Assembly: GCA_046570105.1 (NCBI GenBank)
Contig: JBKHVI010000074.1
Span: 1-10,746, forward strand
Direction of reading: 5' to 3'
Source of the DNA: Bacteriovoracia bacterium
GTDB lineage: Bacteria; Bdellovibrionota; Bacteriovoracia; Bacteriovoracales; Bacteriovoracaceae
Length of the DNA stretch: 10,746 nucleotides
The notes under the pieces are model-generated. The model had not been told where the DNA came from and searched no databases. It saw only the letters and a list, made by a program, of their open reading frames with translations. The translations under genes were made by a program, and so were the position numbers. Positions 1 through 7,144 of the stretch are shown here, piece after piece; the stretch's first letter is position 1, and each line of letters starts with the position of its first letter.

Positions 1-104
1 CTAAGCCAAATCGAGACGATCTGTTTCATAAAGCTAGAAGTGAATTTAAAAGACTGCTTCAAGACGATGAAGATTTTAAGCTATTCAGGCATGTAAAGGA
101 TTGA
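1..104 (+). CDS. 3' end of a hypothetical protein running in from outside the window (…KPNRDDLFHKARSEFKRLLQDDEDFKLFRHVKD*)
   Basis: Frame 3 is open from the window edge to TGA at 102-104, reads like protein and converges on the FliG-C-like gene. Frame 1 is also open to 96, so the frame is uncertain. Confidence 0.4.
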   Translation, partial: KPNRDDLFHKARSEFKRLLQDDEDFKLFRHVKD

Positions 105-139
105 GCTGGTCATCAACACTCAATGAGTGAGTATTAAGG

Positions 140-454
140 CTAAGCACCTATTTTCAGAGCATAGAACTCAAGTTTTCCGGAATAGTAAAGGCTATCCATG
201 ATAGATTGGATAGTTGTTCGATTAAATTCAACGCTCTCCATCGAACAAAAAGCGAATTGATTTAAGTCCTCAAAGAAATATTCCCGTGCAGTTTCAGAAA
301 GGACTGAAGCTATTCGCCAAATTAAAGCTACATCAGATCCCTGACAGGCTGTCAGCAGAGTCACATTATCAATTTCTTTTAGTACAGTTATAACATCACT
401 GTCAGAAAAATAAAGAAGATCTGAAAATTCAAAAATTGAATCATGGTTTTCCAT
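140..454 (-). CDS. Stand-alone FliG C-terminal domain-like protein (~104 aa)
   Basis: IFEFSDLLYFSDSDVITVLKEIDNVTLLTACQGSD…IASVLSETAREYFFEDL…SVEFNRTTIQSIMDSLYYSGKL aligns without gaps, by eye, to the FliG_C pattern (F.FEDL..LDD..IQ..LREVD...L..ALKGA…I..NMS.RA...L.E.....GPV....VE.AQ..I....R.L...GEI). GAGG at 464-461 lies 6 nt before ATG 454. The start overlaps the recombinase stop. There are no FliG N or M domains. Confidence 0.75.
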   Translation of the reverse strand: MENHDSIFEFSDLLYFSDSDVITVLKEIDNVTLLTACQGSDVALIWRIASVLSETAREYFFEDLNQFAFCSMESVEFNRTTIQSIMDSLYYSGKLEFYALKIGA

Positions 455-1400
455 CATTATCCTCATCTAAAATCGTATTTGAAACCAAAGTTGAAATTGC
501 TCCTTGGGTGTCGCGTTCACGGTCACGATAGATCATCAATGTTGCGACCGATTTATGGCGAGAGTGATCCATGACTTCTTCCAACGCATACCCATTATTC
601 TGCGCAACCTTGCATGCTTCACTGATAGAAAGGTGGCGAATTCCGTGAGGTCTTGTTTTCACTTTCACATCTTCACCGAGTCCACGGATCAATTCATAAA
701 GTCCAACCCTGGTCAGCCGCTTACGCTTCCTTTTGTCACGAACAAGATTATAGAAAAGAGGACCATCAGCGTTGCCTCGTAGCTGAATCCAATCCCTGAC
801 AGCATCAATGCTTGTTTGTGGGATCGAGAGATATTCACGCTCAGATCTTCCTTTACCTTTGATTGAGATTCGTTTTTGTGAAATTTCTAGGTGTTTAAGG
901 TCAAGTTCTACGAGCTCTGAAGCACGAAGGGCTAAGTCAAACATCAACCTAAGAATTGCGCGATCACGAGCAGCCTTGACACTGCTTTGTTCTGTTGCCG
1001 TAATTATCATTCGCTTGAAGGCTGGCAATCCTGGCCCCTTTGTATCACGGTAAGCTTGTGATTTGATGTTTGGAATTTCAACTTTGATTGAGGTGAACCC
1101 AAGCAAACGAGCCAACTTAAATAAGCTACGAATTGCACCAAGACGACGATTTATTGTTGAGGGGCTGAAGTTTCGCTTCCTGAGATCGTCTCGATACTGA
1201 AGGATAAGAAAGTTCATCTCTCCGCTATTCATTTGTAGCAAGGGCTGCAATGATAGAAGATTAAAATTACTCATTAAGAAATCTTGGAAGCAGCCTAGAT
1301 CAGCTCTATAGGCCTCACGAGTTGCAGCACCTTGACTCGATAGGAATGTTTTCACCAACAAACCAGCACGTTCTTGAAGCGTTACGGGTAAGAAACTCAT
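441..1400 (-). CDS. Tyrosine recombinase/integrase, XerC/XerD-like (~319 aa)
   Basis: Core-binding domain motifs (ATREAYRADL; SPSTINRRLGAIRSLFK) and a full catalytic set: R in LALRASEL, K in KGKG, HxxR in PHGIRH, H in SRHKS, Y in TLMIY. Start moved to ATG 1400, which follows AGGAAGAAGG. No lambda-type arm-binding domain is evident. Confidence 0.93.
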   Translation of the reverse strand: MSFLPVTLQERAGLLVKTFLSSQGAATREAYRADLGCFQDFLMSNFNLLSLQPLLQMNSGEMNFLILQYRDDLRKRNFSPSTINRRLGAIRSLFKLARLLGFTSIKVEIPNIKSQAYRDTKGPGLPAFKRMIITATEQSSVKAARDRAILRLMFDLALRASELVELDLKHLEISQKRISIKGKGRSEREYLSIPQTSIDAVRDWIQLRGNADGPLFYNLVRDKRKRKRLTRVGLYELIRGLGEDVKVKTRPHGIRHLSISEACKVAQNNGYALEEVMDHSRHKSVATLMIYRDRERDTQGAISTLVSNTILDEDNDGKP

Positions 1401-1431
1401 TGGACCTTCTTCCTGAAATACATAAGCCACG

Positions 1432-1761
1432 ATGAAAACATGGCTCCTATTTTTAGTTCTTCTCTGTTTCGGGTTAAGCACTGAAGCAAGACAGATTGTA
1501 AGTATGTTCAATGCATGCGACCAGTGTCGATCTTGGTCAGCTAAAAGCACAGCAATTTTAATACAAACTCTAGATGCTCACGAGGTTGGCTATGAATTTG
1601 TTGCTGTAAGCAACCAAGTGATTTTAACTTCAGTAGGTCAACATCCTGTTTGCTACGAGCCATTTGCAATATTTTTCGAAGATCAGACGTCTTGCCGTCA
1701 GTATTTAAGCCGCATCAAATTCAAATGTGAGTTGACCGTCACTGCCATCACTGGCTACTGA
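1432..1761 (+). CDS. Possible small secreted Cys-rich protein (109 aa)
   Basis: Convincing Sec signal peptide (MKTWLLFLVLLCFGLSTEA|R) and the ORF fills the gap between recombinase and helicase. Against it: no clear RBS and a 57-nt tail-to-tail overlap with the helicase gene. Confidence 0.45.
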   Translation: MKTWLLFLVLLCFGLSTEARQIVSMFNACDQCRSWSAKSTAILIQTLDAHEVGYEFVAVSNQVILTSVGQHPVCYEPFAIFFEDQTSCRQYLSRIKFKCELTVTAITGY

Positions 1762-2925
1762 CACTGCTTCGCGGGTTCTGATCTCAATGGACCAGGTTGT
1801 TCCTCTATTGGTTTTCTTAGACGTAGCCCCATGTCCGGACACCTCTAAGATCCGTTTTAAATCCCTGGCGAACTTCTGAAACTGGGGGAAGGACTTTTGA
1901 TTCTGCCACAAACAAAAATCTTTGAAGGATTCATAGAGTTCTGAAGTCGTAAGTGATGACTCGTCAAAAGACACGACTATGCAATTTTCCTCGACCCATT
2001 GTTCAACTATGTCTTTTACTCTGATTTCAGCCTCCTGTACTTTGCGAATGTCACTTAGTACTTCAAGAATCGGAGTAGGCCCATTTTCATCAACTGAGCG
2101 CCATAGGGCTAAGTAGTCGATGCAATTGATTGCATTCCAATCAATTTGGCCTGCGCAGTTTATCTGCCAAAATCTGCGTGAAGATGTTGGGTCCTTAATA
2201 CGATCACGAACAGGATCATTACTGCAGCCAATGAAAGTTGAATTTTGAGGCGCTGACATCACACGCTCTGTGCGCATAGCTCGCCATTCTATGACAGGAG
2301 TTGTAATGATTTGCTTCATGGCATTCACGTCAGCATTGTCACTTCCTTGTAGTTCATCGAAAAAGACCACGAAATTTCTTGCAAAGGCCCTGCGACTGAA
2401 TTGGTCACTAAAGATCGACATATCCGTCTGCAAAGCAACGGCTCTGAGTGGCTCAATTAGCTTTGACACCGCTACAGATTTGCCGGCCCCTGATCGACCA
2501 AAGAGGATAGGCATCAGATGATGTTCGACTGCTTGTCCTAAGAGTTTTCGTTTAACTTGCCAAATGAAATGCGTTACGACAGCAATATCTAACTTTGAAC
2601 TCTTTCCGCAGACAGCGGTAACCCAAGTCGCTATCGGATCATTCTGAATAGATGTATAAGCCAGATATTGAGTGAGGAGTGTCAATTCAACTTTAGCTCG
2701 TTCATAGCGATAGACATTTAGCCCGTCACGGATATAAGAACGCAAGCTTTCAAGATCCTGTTCGTGGGCATCGAGACGCAAGAGGGATACTGCAAGCGTT
2801 TCTTCAAATACTGAATCACCTTTCCTAAGTGAATCTGTTTTGTAATCGTAATCTAGGCCATGTTCTTTTAGTCGCTCGATGACCCATGCTTTAGGTTCAA
2901 TGGGTTGTATATCTTGATCGTCCAT
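1705..2925 (-). CDS. VapE (virulence-associated protein E)-like SF3 helicase with C-terminal winged-helix domain (~406 aa)
   Basis: Walker A ILFGRSGAGKS, Walker B VVFFDEL, motif C FIGCSN and SRRFW. The C-terminal LTTSELYESFKDFC…KFARDLK segment resembles the D5/P4-alpha winged helix. Strong RBS AAAGGAG 5 nt before ATG 2925 (MDDQDI…), preferred over 3006. Confidence 0.88.
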   Translation of the reverse strand: MDDQDIQPIEPKAWVIERLKEHGLDYDYKTDSLRKGDSVFEETLAVSLLRLDAHEQDLESLRSYIRDGLNVYRYERAKVELTLLTQYLAYTSIQNDPIATWVTAVCGKSSKLDIAVVTHFIWQVKRKLLGQAVEHHLMPILFGRSGAGKSVAVSKLIEPLRAVALQTDMSIFSDQFSRRAFARNFVVFFDELQGSDNADVNAMKQIITTPVIEWRAMRTERVMSAPQNSTFIGCSNDPVRDRIKDPTSSRRFWQINCAGQIDWNAINCIDYLALWRSVDENGPTPILEVLSDIRKVQEAEIRVKDIVEQWVEENCIVVSFDESSLTTSELYESFKDFCLWQNQKSFPQFQKFARDLKRILEVSGHGATSKKTNRGTTWSIEIRTREAVSVASDGSDGQLTFEFDAA

Positions 2926-2983
2926 TAGGGCTCCTTTTTGTAGAGCGGTAAAGTCAGGATCAATATTTAAAACTAAATTTGTT

Positions 2984-3006
2984 GTCACTGTCGTCACTTC
3001 CGTCAT
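2984..3006. repeat. Three GTCA(C/T) repeats at 9-bp period just upstream of the helicase start
   Basis: GTCACTGTC GTCACTTCC GTCAT, with GTCA at 2984, 2993 and 3002. Confidence 0.6.
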
Positions 3007-3149
3007 GCTAAGGGCCTACCTGACGGCTACCTGGCCTGCCACTTTCGGTGAGTTAAAATGAAATCTAAGCGTCTACCTTCAGGGCACTTTGGTTTTGGTA
3101 AGGAAGAGGAGAACTACATATCTAAGCTGCTGAATTGTCAGAGATGTGT

Positions 3150-3195
3150 GAAAGAAAAGAAGTAAAGGCAGCGCCTCCTCCGTGAAATACTGCCT
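3150..3195 (-). terminator. Probable intrinsic terminator after the 3204-3551 gene
   Basis: Minus strand reads AGGCAGT…GCTGCCT (stem) followed by TTACTTCTTTTCTTTC, starting 8 nt after the stop codon. The loop is large. Confidence 0.55.
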
Positions 3196-3203
3196 AGAAA
3201 ATT

Positions 3204-3551
3204 TTATTTGTTGGCTATTACGACTGACTTACTTATTGTGGGAGTTGTAGAGTCAATGATCCTTTTGGCTTCCAGCTCACCAGCGACAGAGATAAATGCG
3301 TCCTTCCAAGAAGGGCAACGGCGTTCGGTTGTTTTGATGCTGACATAGTGATGACTTTCAATTCTAGCACCACCTTCAATTCTTGCAATGAGATTCTCTT
3401 CGAGGGCAGCTAGATCAGAATCGATCTGCTCAAGGCGCTTCTTTATAAATGCCTTGGACTCACGAAGGTTAATGATTTTTACGACATCGGCATCCGTTAT
3501 TGAAATACAGCTTGATTCGGGCGAACATTTTATTGGTTGGACACTTTGCAT
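3204..3551 (-). CDS. Hypothetical phage-like coiled-coil protein (~115 aa)
   Basis: Strong RBS AAAGGAGG before ATG 3551 (MQSVQPIK…). Central heptad segment KAFIKKRLEQIDSDLAALEENLIARI. Confidence 0.75.
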   Translation of the reverse strand: MQSVQPIKCSPESSCISITDADVVKIINLRESKAFIKKRLEQIDSDLAALEENLIARIEGGARIESHHYVSIKTTERRCPSWKDAFISVAGELEAKRIIDSTTPTISKSVVIANK

Positions 3552-3757
3552 AGGGCCTCCTTTTATTTGAAGGAATCTCGCTTCAGGAAAAGTGGCCCCA
3601 CTGGCCTCAGGATAAAAGGGAACCCCTATTTTCAGAATGGGTCCCTTGGTGTGCGCTTTGTGTATGCGACATTTCTTTTCTATTGTAAAACAGGGGCCCG
3701 CCGGCCTGATAGCCAGTTTGGGGCCCCAAGGTACTAATGGGTTTATAGTGCAAAAGT

Positions 3758-4192
3758 TCACTTCTCGATTCCGACTCCATTGATTCTTTTGTCACGACGG
3801 AGCCAATTATTGAGTAGGCCCAAGCAGTAAAGTTCCATTGCTTTTGCGTCCGCCATTTTTTTCTTATTCGACTCTGTATCCTTTAAAGTGATTTTCTTTG
3901 CTTGAAATCCAGCAACCAGAGCTGCGCAGATTTTTTTGATATGAGTCTCATTTAAAAGAGGTTTCACCGGCTGTTTGTTGGGCACGACAATTTTCTCCTC
4001 GCGAACTAAGCGCATCACTTCGATATACACGGCTTCTCGCTGAGTTAATACTTGAGATTCCTGTTTCTTCTCTTGGGTGGATTGAAATACGGAATCGGAC
4101 TTTTTCTCAAGCGTAGCTTTGATCTTATCCGTCACAGGTGTTTCGCTTTGGACACCACCAGGAACGAGCTTTGGTTTTTGTTTGCTTTCCAT
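3758..4192 (-). CDS. Hypothetical basic protein (~144 aa), first gene of the leftward operon
   Basis: RBS AAAGGAG before ATG 4192 (MESKQK…). Lys-rich, with a conserved-looking C-terminus YCLGLLNNWLRRDKRING. Confidence 0.78.
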   Translation of the reverse strand: MESKQKPKLVPGGVQSETPVTDKIKATLEKKSDSVFQSTQEKKQESQVLTQREAVYIEVMRLVREEKIVVPNKQPVKPLLNETHIKKICAALVAGFQAKKITLKDTESNKKKMADAKAMELYCLGLLNNWLRRDKRINGVGIEK

Positions 4193-4248
4193 AAGACATT
4201 CTCCTTTTTTAGTGGTCCCGGTTATCGTGACCAACGGTGTGCTCCTAC

Positions 4249-4329
4249 TTTCGGGAAGGTGTACTAAACTCTGTTTCTATGTACGGAGTTGTGTTTTTTT
4301 GAGACAGTGGGGTCCACTCCTTCCCGAAA
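4249..4329. promoter_or_regulatory. Long imperfect inverted repeat in the divergent control region
   Basis: Perfect 11-bp arms TTTCGGGAAGG (4249-4259) and CCTTCCCGAAA (4319-4329), plus inner arms CTGTTTC (4271-4277) and GAGACAG (4301-4307). Confidence 0.65.
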
Positions 4330-4348
4330 TCAGTCGAAGATAAATAAT

Positions 4349-4705
4349 ATGACAACGACAAGCCGCAAACGTAAAGGGACGGATAATCTTCCTTTTGCTA
4401 AGATATTAGAACGAGTAATGGAGGAGCGTGGCCTCAGCATTGGTGCAATTGCTGAAATGGCTGGTGTGTCTCGTTCCGTTGTTCAGTCGTGGACATCAAA
4501 AGCAAATCCTCACGATCTACAAGCTGTAGCGAAGCTTGCAAAAGCGCTCAACATGGGATTCAAGGAACTACTTCTTGGTGAGGCTGAAGATAGTTCCTTT
4601 TCAGAGATTTCAGCAAAAGACCTGTTCGACGAGCAAGATTTTTTTGACGGCATCTGTCGCGTCAAAATTCAGCGACTCGTTCCAAGGAAAGGACCCAACA
4701 AATGA
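4349..4705 (+). CDS. XRE/Cro-CI family HTH transcriptional regulator (~118 aa)
   Basis: FAKILERVMEERGLSIGAIAEMAGVSRSVVQSWTS…LQAVAKLAKALNMGFKELLLG is a typical HTH_3 pattern. No S24 peptidase domain. ATG 4349 has no obvious RBS. Confidence 0.9.
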   Translation: MTTTSRKRKGTDNLPFAKILERVMEERGLSIGAIAEMAGVSRSVVQSWTSKANPHDLQAVAKLAKALNMGFKELLLGEAEDSSFSEISAKDLFDEQDFFDGICRVKIQRLVPRKGPNK

Positions 4706-5088
4706 CCGATATCATTTTGCCAATCTTATTTCTAGTCGGCGCAGTCTCTGTAATCGCGTTGATAGCTGTACCCTTTGTTCTTCGGGGTCGCAAGAAGGGT
4801 AAAATCCGTCACGCAAACTTTGTCGCGACGAAAGCACTTTATGAAAAGGCCATGCTAGATCTTCAAGAGAACCCAGAACATGTCGACGCACGAACGAAAG
4901 CGCTGCAAGTTGGGCGTGAATACTACGCCTACCTTCATCCACAGCTTTGCAACTTCGGATCTGACGAACGGCCGCTTCGTCATCATGGAGACCCATCGCA
5001 AATAAGCTTTCGGGATGATGCCGAAATTATAGAAACAAAAATCCAGTCCGACATCCAAGCGCGGATTGGGAAAGGGAAAGTATCATGA
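4702..5088 (+). CDS. Hypothetical single-pass membrane protein (128 aa)
   Basis: N-terminal hydrophobic helix IILPILFLVGAVSVIALIAVPFVL followed by basic RGRKKGK. ATGA overlaps with both neighbours. Confidence 0.8.
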   Translation: MTDIILPILFLVGAVSVIALIAVPFVLRGRKKGKIRHANFVATKALYEKAMLDLQENPEHVDARTKALQVGREYYAYLHPQLCNFGSDERPLRHHGDPSQISFRDDAEIIETKIQSDIQARIGKGKVS

Positions 5089-5693
5089 GAAAAATCACCA
5101 CTGCCTCTTTATCTTTATTTATCCTTGCCGGTTGCTCGTCGGCTCCGGTTTCGACTACGCCCGAGGCAATGCCCGACAAAGTTCTATCTCGCATCAACGA
5201 TATATCGAGCCGACCTTTGTGGTTAAATGAAGAAAAACCTTTCGAAGTGAAGGATGGAGTTTTGACCTCACTTGGTCAAACAACGATTCCAGGAAGTGAC
5301 CGAGTTGAGGCGGCCTACAATATTTCTGACAACAACGCTAAAGGTGCAATTTGCTCAGCAATTGAATCAAGACTTGATTTTGTGTTCCAGAATGCAGAAG
5401 AAGGAACGGCGGTAGACGCTAATCAAGTTCGCCGTATTGGCGCAGAAGCTTGTAAAATCACGTCATCTTCTTTAAGGCCAGGAGTGAGATACTGGGAGAA
5501 GGTAGCAACGTCAACCGATTCGGGAGAAAGAGTAACCAGGTACAAAGTTTTTTCCACAGTAACCATGCCTGAGGCTGATTTTAGAAAAGCAGTAATGAAC
5601 GCAATAAAAAAACAAGAAGGTAAGCCTGGCATCAGCGAGGATTTTTCAAAAAAAGTAGACCAACACTGGGACGCATTTGTCCAAGGAAAGTAG
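5085..5693 (+). CDS. Lipoprotein, LPP20-like (202 aa)
   Basis: Signal peptide with lipobox ILAG|C. The P.W motif (RPLWLNE), SLG, A…A…NAK..I helix and RYWEK strand recall LPP20-type lipoproteins; the family call is tentative. Confidence 0.8.
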   Translation: MRKITTASLSLFILAGCSSAPVSTTPEAMPDKVLSRINDISSRPLWLNEEKPFEVKDGVLTSLGQTTIPGSDRVEAAYNISDNNAKGAICSAIESRLDFVFQNAEEGTAVDANQVRRIGAEACKITSSSLRPGVRYWEKVATSTDSGERVTRYKVFSTVTMPEADFRKAVMNAIKKQEGKPGISEDFSKKVDQHWDAFVQGK

Positions 5694-5694
5694 T

Positions 5695-6078
5695 ATGAAA
5701 AAAAGCATTCTTTTTGGATTTGCTGCTGTATTTTTTTGTTTGGAAACTTTCGCCACTGAAAAGATATTTCCTGTTCTAGAGTTGACGTCATCTACATGGA
5801 CACACGAAAGTGACTCTGAGTTTGCCATAGTTGTTGGACAAGTAAAAAATATTTCAAAGAATAAGTATGACTACGTGGAAGCAGTGGCGAACTTTAGTGA
5901 TGCTAAAGGTAACTTGATTGCTACCCATAGTAGTCTAATTCAGTACAATCCGATTCTTTCCGATCAAGTCTCGCCTTTCAAAATCATGGTTCCTTGGAAT
6001 CCAGCCTTTAAAACCCTAAATATTGAGTTTCAACAAACGATGCGAGGTAAGCTTGAGCATAGGACAAAAAAGAAGTAA
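5695..6078 (+). CDS. Secreted FxLYD-domain-like protein (~127 aa)
   Basis: ATG 1 nt after the previous stop; signal peptide MKKSILFGFAAVFFCLETFA. IVVGQVKNISKNKYDYVEAVANFSDAKGNLIA…ILSDQVSPFKI matches the FxLYD Ig-like pattern (G.V.N…V...FYD..G.LI…L.PG…PF). Confidence 0.8.
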   Translation: MKKSILFGFAAVFFCLETFATEKIFPVLELTSSTWTHESDSEFAIVVGQVKNISKNKYDYVEAVANFSDAKGNLIATHSSLIQYNPILSDQVSPFKIMVPWNPAFKTLNIEFQQTMRGKLEHRTKKK

Positions 6079-7144
6079 TCTTGCTGCAGTTCTGTCTCTA
6101 ATTAGTCTTTCAGTCAGTTGCGTTTCGACGCCGAAGTCTGTTGAAGCTCCACCTATTTGTTCTAGAAAACTTGCTACGCAAAAATATGTATGGACAGTGG
6201 CTTTTTCACAACGAGTCCCAAAGAATATCGAACTATCGAAAGTTTCTGATTTAGTGAAGCATCGCTCGGATTTGCAGGATAATGTCACTGATTCATTTGT
6301 GGGCGGATTAATTTATTTAAGCTCAAATAATGGGAGCTATTCTAGCCAATCTCGTTCACAACATAATCACGCCCTGAATCCGCAGGCCAGGTATTTAGCG
6401 GAGGAACGAAGCGCTGCTTTAATTGAGACAGGCGCTTCGAATTTTATATTTTGTATTTGGGATGAGTGTCAGGGGCTCAAGGATCCTCAGACTGGATCTG
6501 AGATTCAGAAATACTATGACTCTGACTTCGCTCAACGTGCCGGAGCCCCGGTGCGACCAATGTATTATGTAGAGGGTATAGTTGATGCGTCTGACAGTAG
6601 ATACAATGACCATAAAACTTCAAGCTATAACGCTCCAAGCCCCGCCTATGTTGAATGGTCTGACTACTTTGAACGACGCCCCTTCGCCGGTGGCAACCTG
6701 TTGAATCAACACTACTTCAATATCCCCGTATCGAAAAGAAGTGAGTTCTGTTTAAAAGCTGGACTTGAGAAGAATTGTTTTGAACTTCCTAAATATGACT
6801 TTCGAAATGATATCGTAACATTTCTGAGTTGCAATATCAGAGGGGGCGATTGCCTAACGGAGCTACAAAAAAATGCTCCGTTTCGATTTCAGTTTTTGTC
6901 TGACAATAATGGGTTATGCGGAACAAGTTGCCGCGATGATATTAATACTATGCTAGAGAAATTAAGGAATGATCCTCACTTTAGATTGCAGTGGGAAGAT
7001 GCAATTTCAAAAGATATATTTTTAAAGGTATCTACATCAATTACAAGAAAGGTTGAAAAGAATTGGATTATCCATCGGATCGAGTGGAATCCAACTTTTT
7101 TCTGTCAATATGCCCGTCCAAAAGCTGATCTTATTACTCAGTAG
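6053..7144 (+). CDS. Hypothetical Cys-rich probable lipoprotein (~363 aa)
   Basis: Long ORF with hydrophobic LAAVLSLISLSVS|C lipobox-like N-terminus. Start uncertain: TTG 6053 after GAGGT, or TTG 6023. Several paired Cys (CIWDEC, C…EKNC, CNIRGGDC, CGTSC). Confidence 0.75.
   Translation: MSIGQKRSNLAAVLSLISLSVSCVSTPKSVEAPPICSRKLATQKYVWTVAFSQRVPKNIELSKVSDLVKHRSDLQDNVTDSFVGGLIYLSSNNGSYSSQSRSQHNHALNPQARYLAEERSAALIETGASNFIFCIWDECQGLKDPQTGSEIQKYYDSDFAQRAGAPVRPMYYVEGIVDASDSRYNDHKTSSYNAPSPAYVEWSDYFERRPFAGGNLLNQHYFNIPVSKRSEFCLKAGLEKNCFELPKYDFRNDIVTFLSCNIRGGDCLTELQKNAPFRFQFLSDNNGLCGTSCRDDINTMLEKLRNDPHFRLQWEDAISKDIFLKVSTSITRKVEKNWIIHRIEWNPTFFCQYARPKADLITQ

Noticed and set aside
117..129. Palindrome CACTCA-A-TGAGTG between convergent genes as an att site or terminator
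   Set aside because: The 1-nt spacer fits neither a tyrosine recombinase core site nor a stable hairpin with a U-tract, and no second copy was seen.
441..1400. Integron integrase with the small downstream genes as attC cassettes; also the gene symbols xerC/xerD
   Set aside because: The IntI-specific insertion is not evident, the cargo genes overlap and leave no room for attC sites, and the motifs (HGIRH, HSRH) and mobile context differ from housekeeping XerC/D.
1401..1550. N-terminal extension of the recombinase given in the ORF track
   Set aside because: The RBS and domain start point to ATG 1400, and the extension overlaps the opposite-strand signal-peptide ORF.
2926..3006. Helicase start at 3006 (MTEVTTVTT…)
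   Set aside because: A much better RBS precedes 2925; the VTT pattern is simply the translation of the DNA repeats.
3388..3795. ORFs 3388-3570(+), 3537-3737(+), 3607-3795(-) and the extension of the 3204 gene to 3761
   Set aside because: They lack clear RBSs or protein-like features and overlap better-supported genes or the structured leader.
4249..4329. Retron msr-msd or IS/MITE terminal inverted repeats
   Set aside because: There is no reverse transcriptase or transposase in the window and no target-site duplication flanks the arms.
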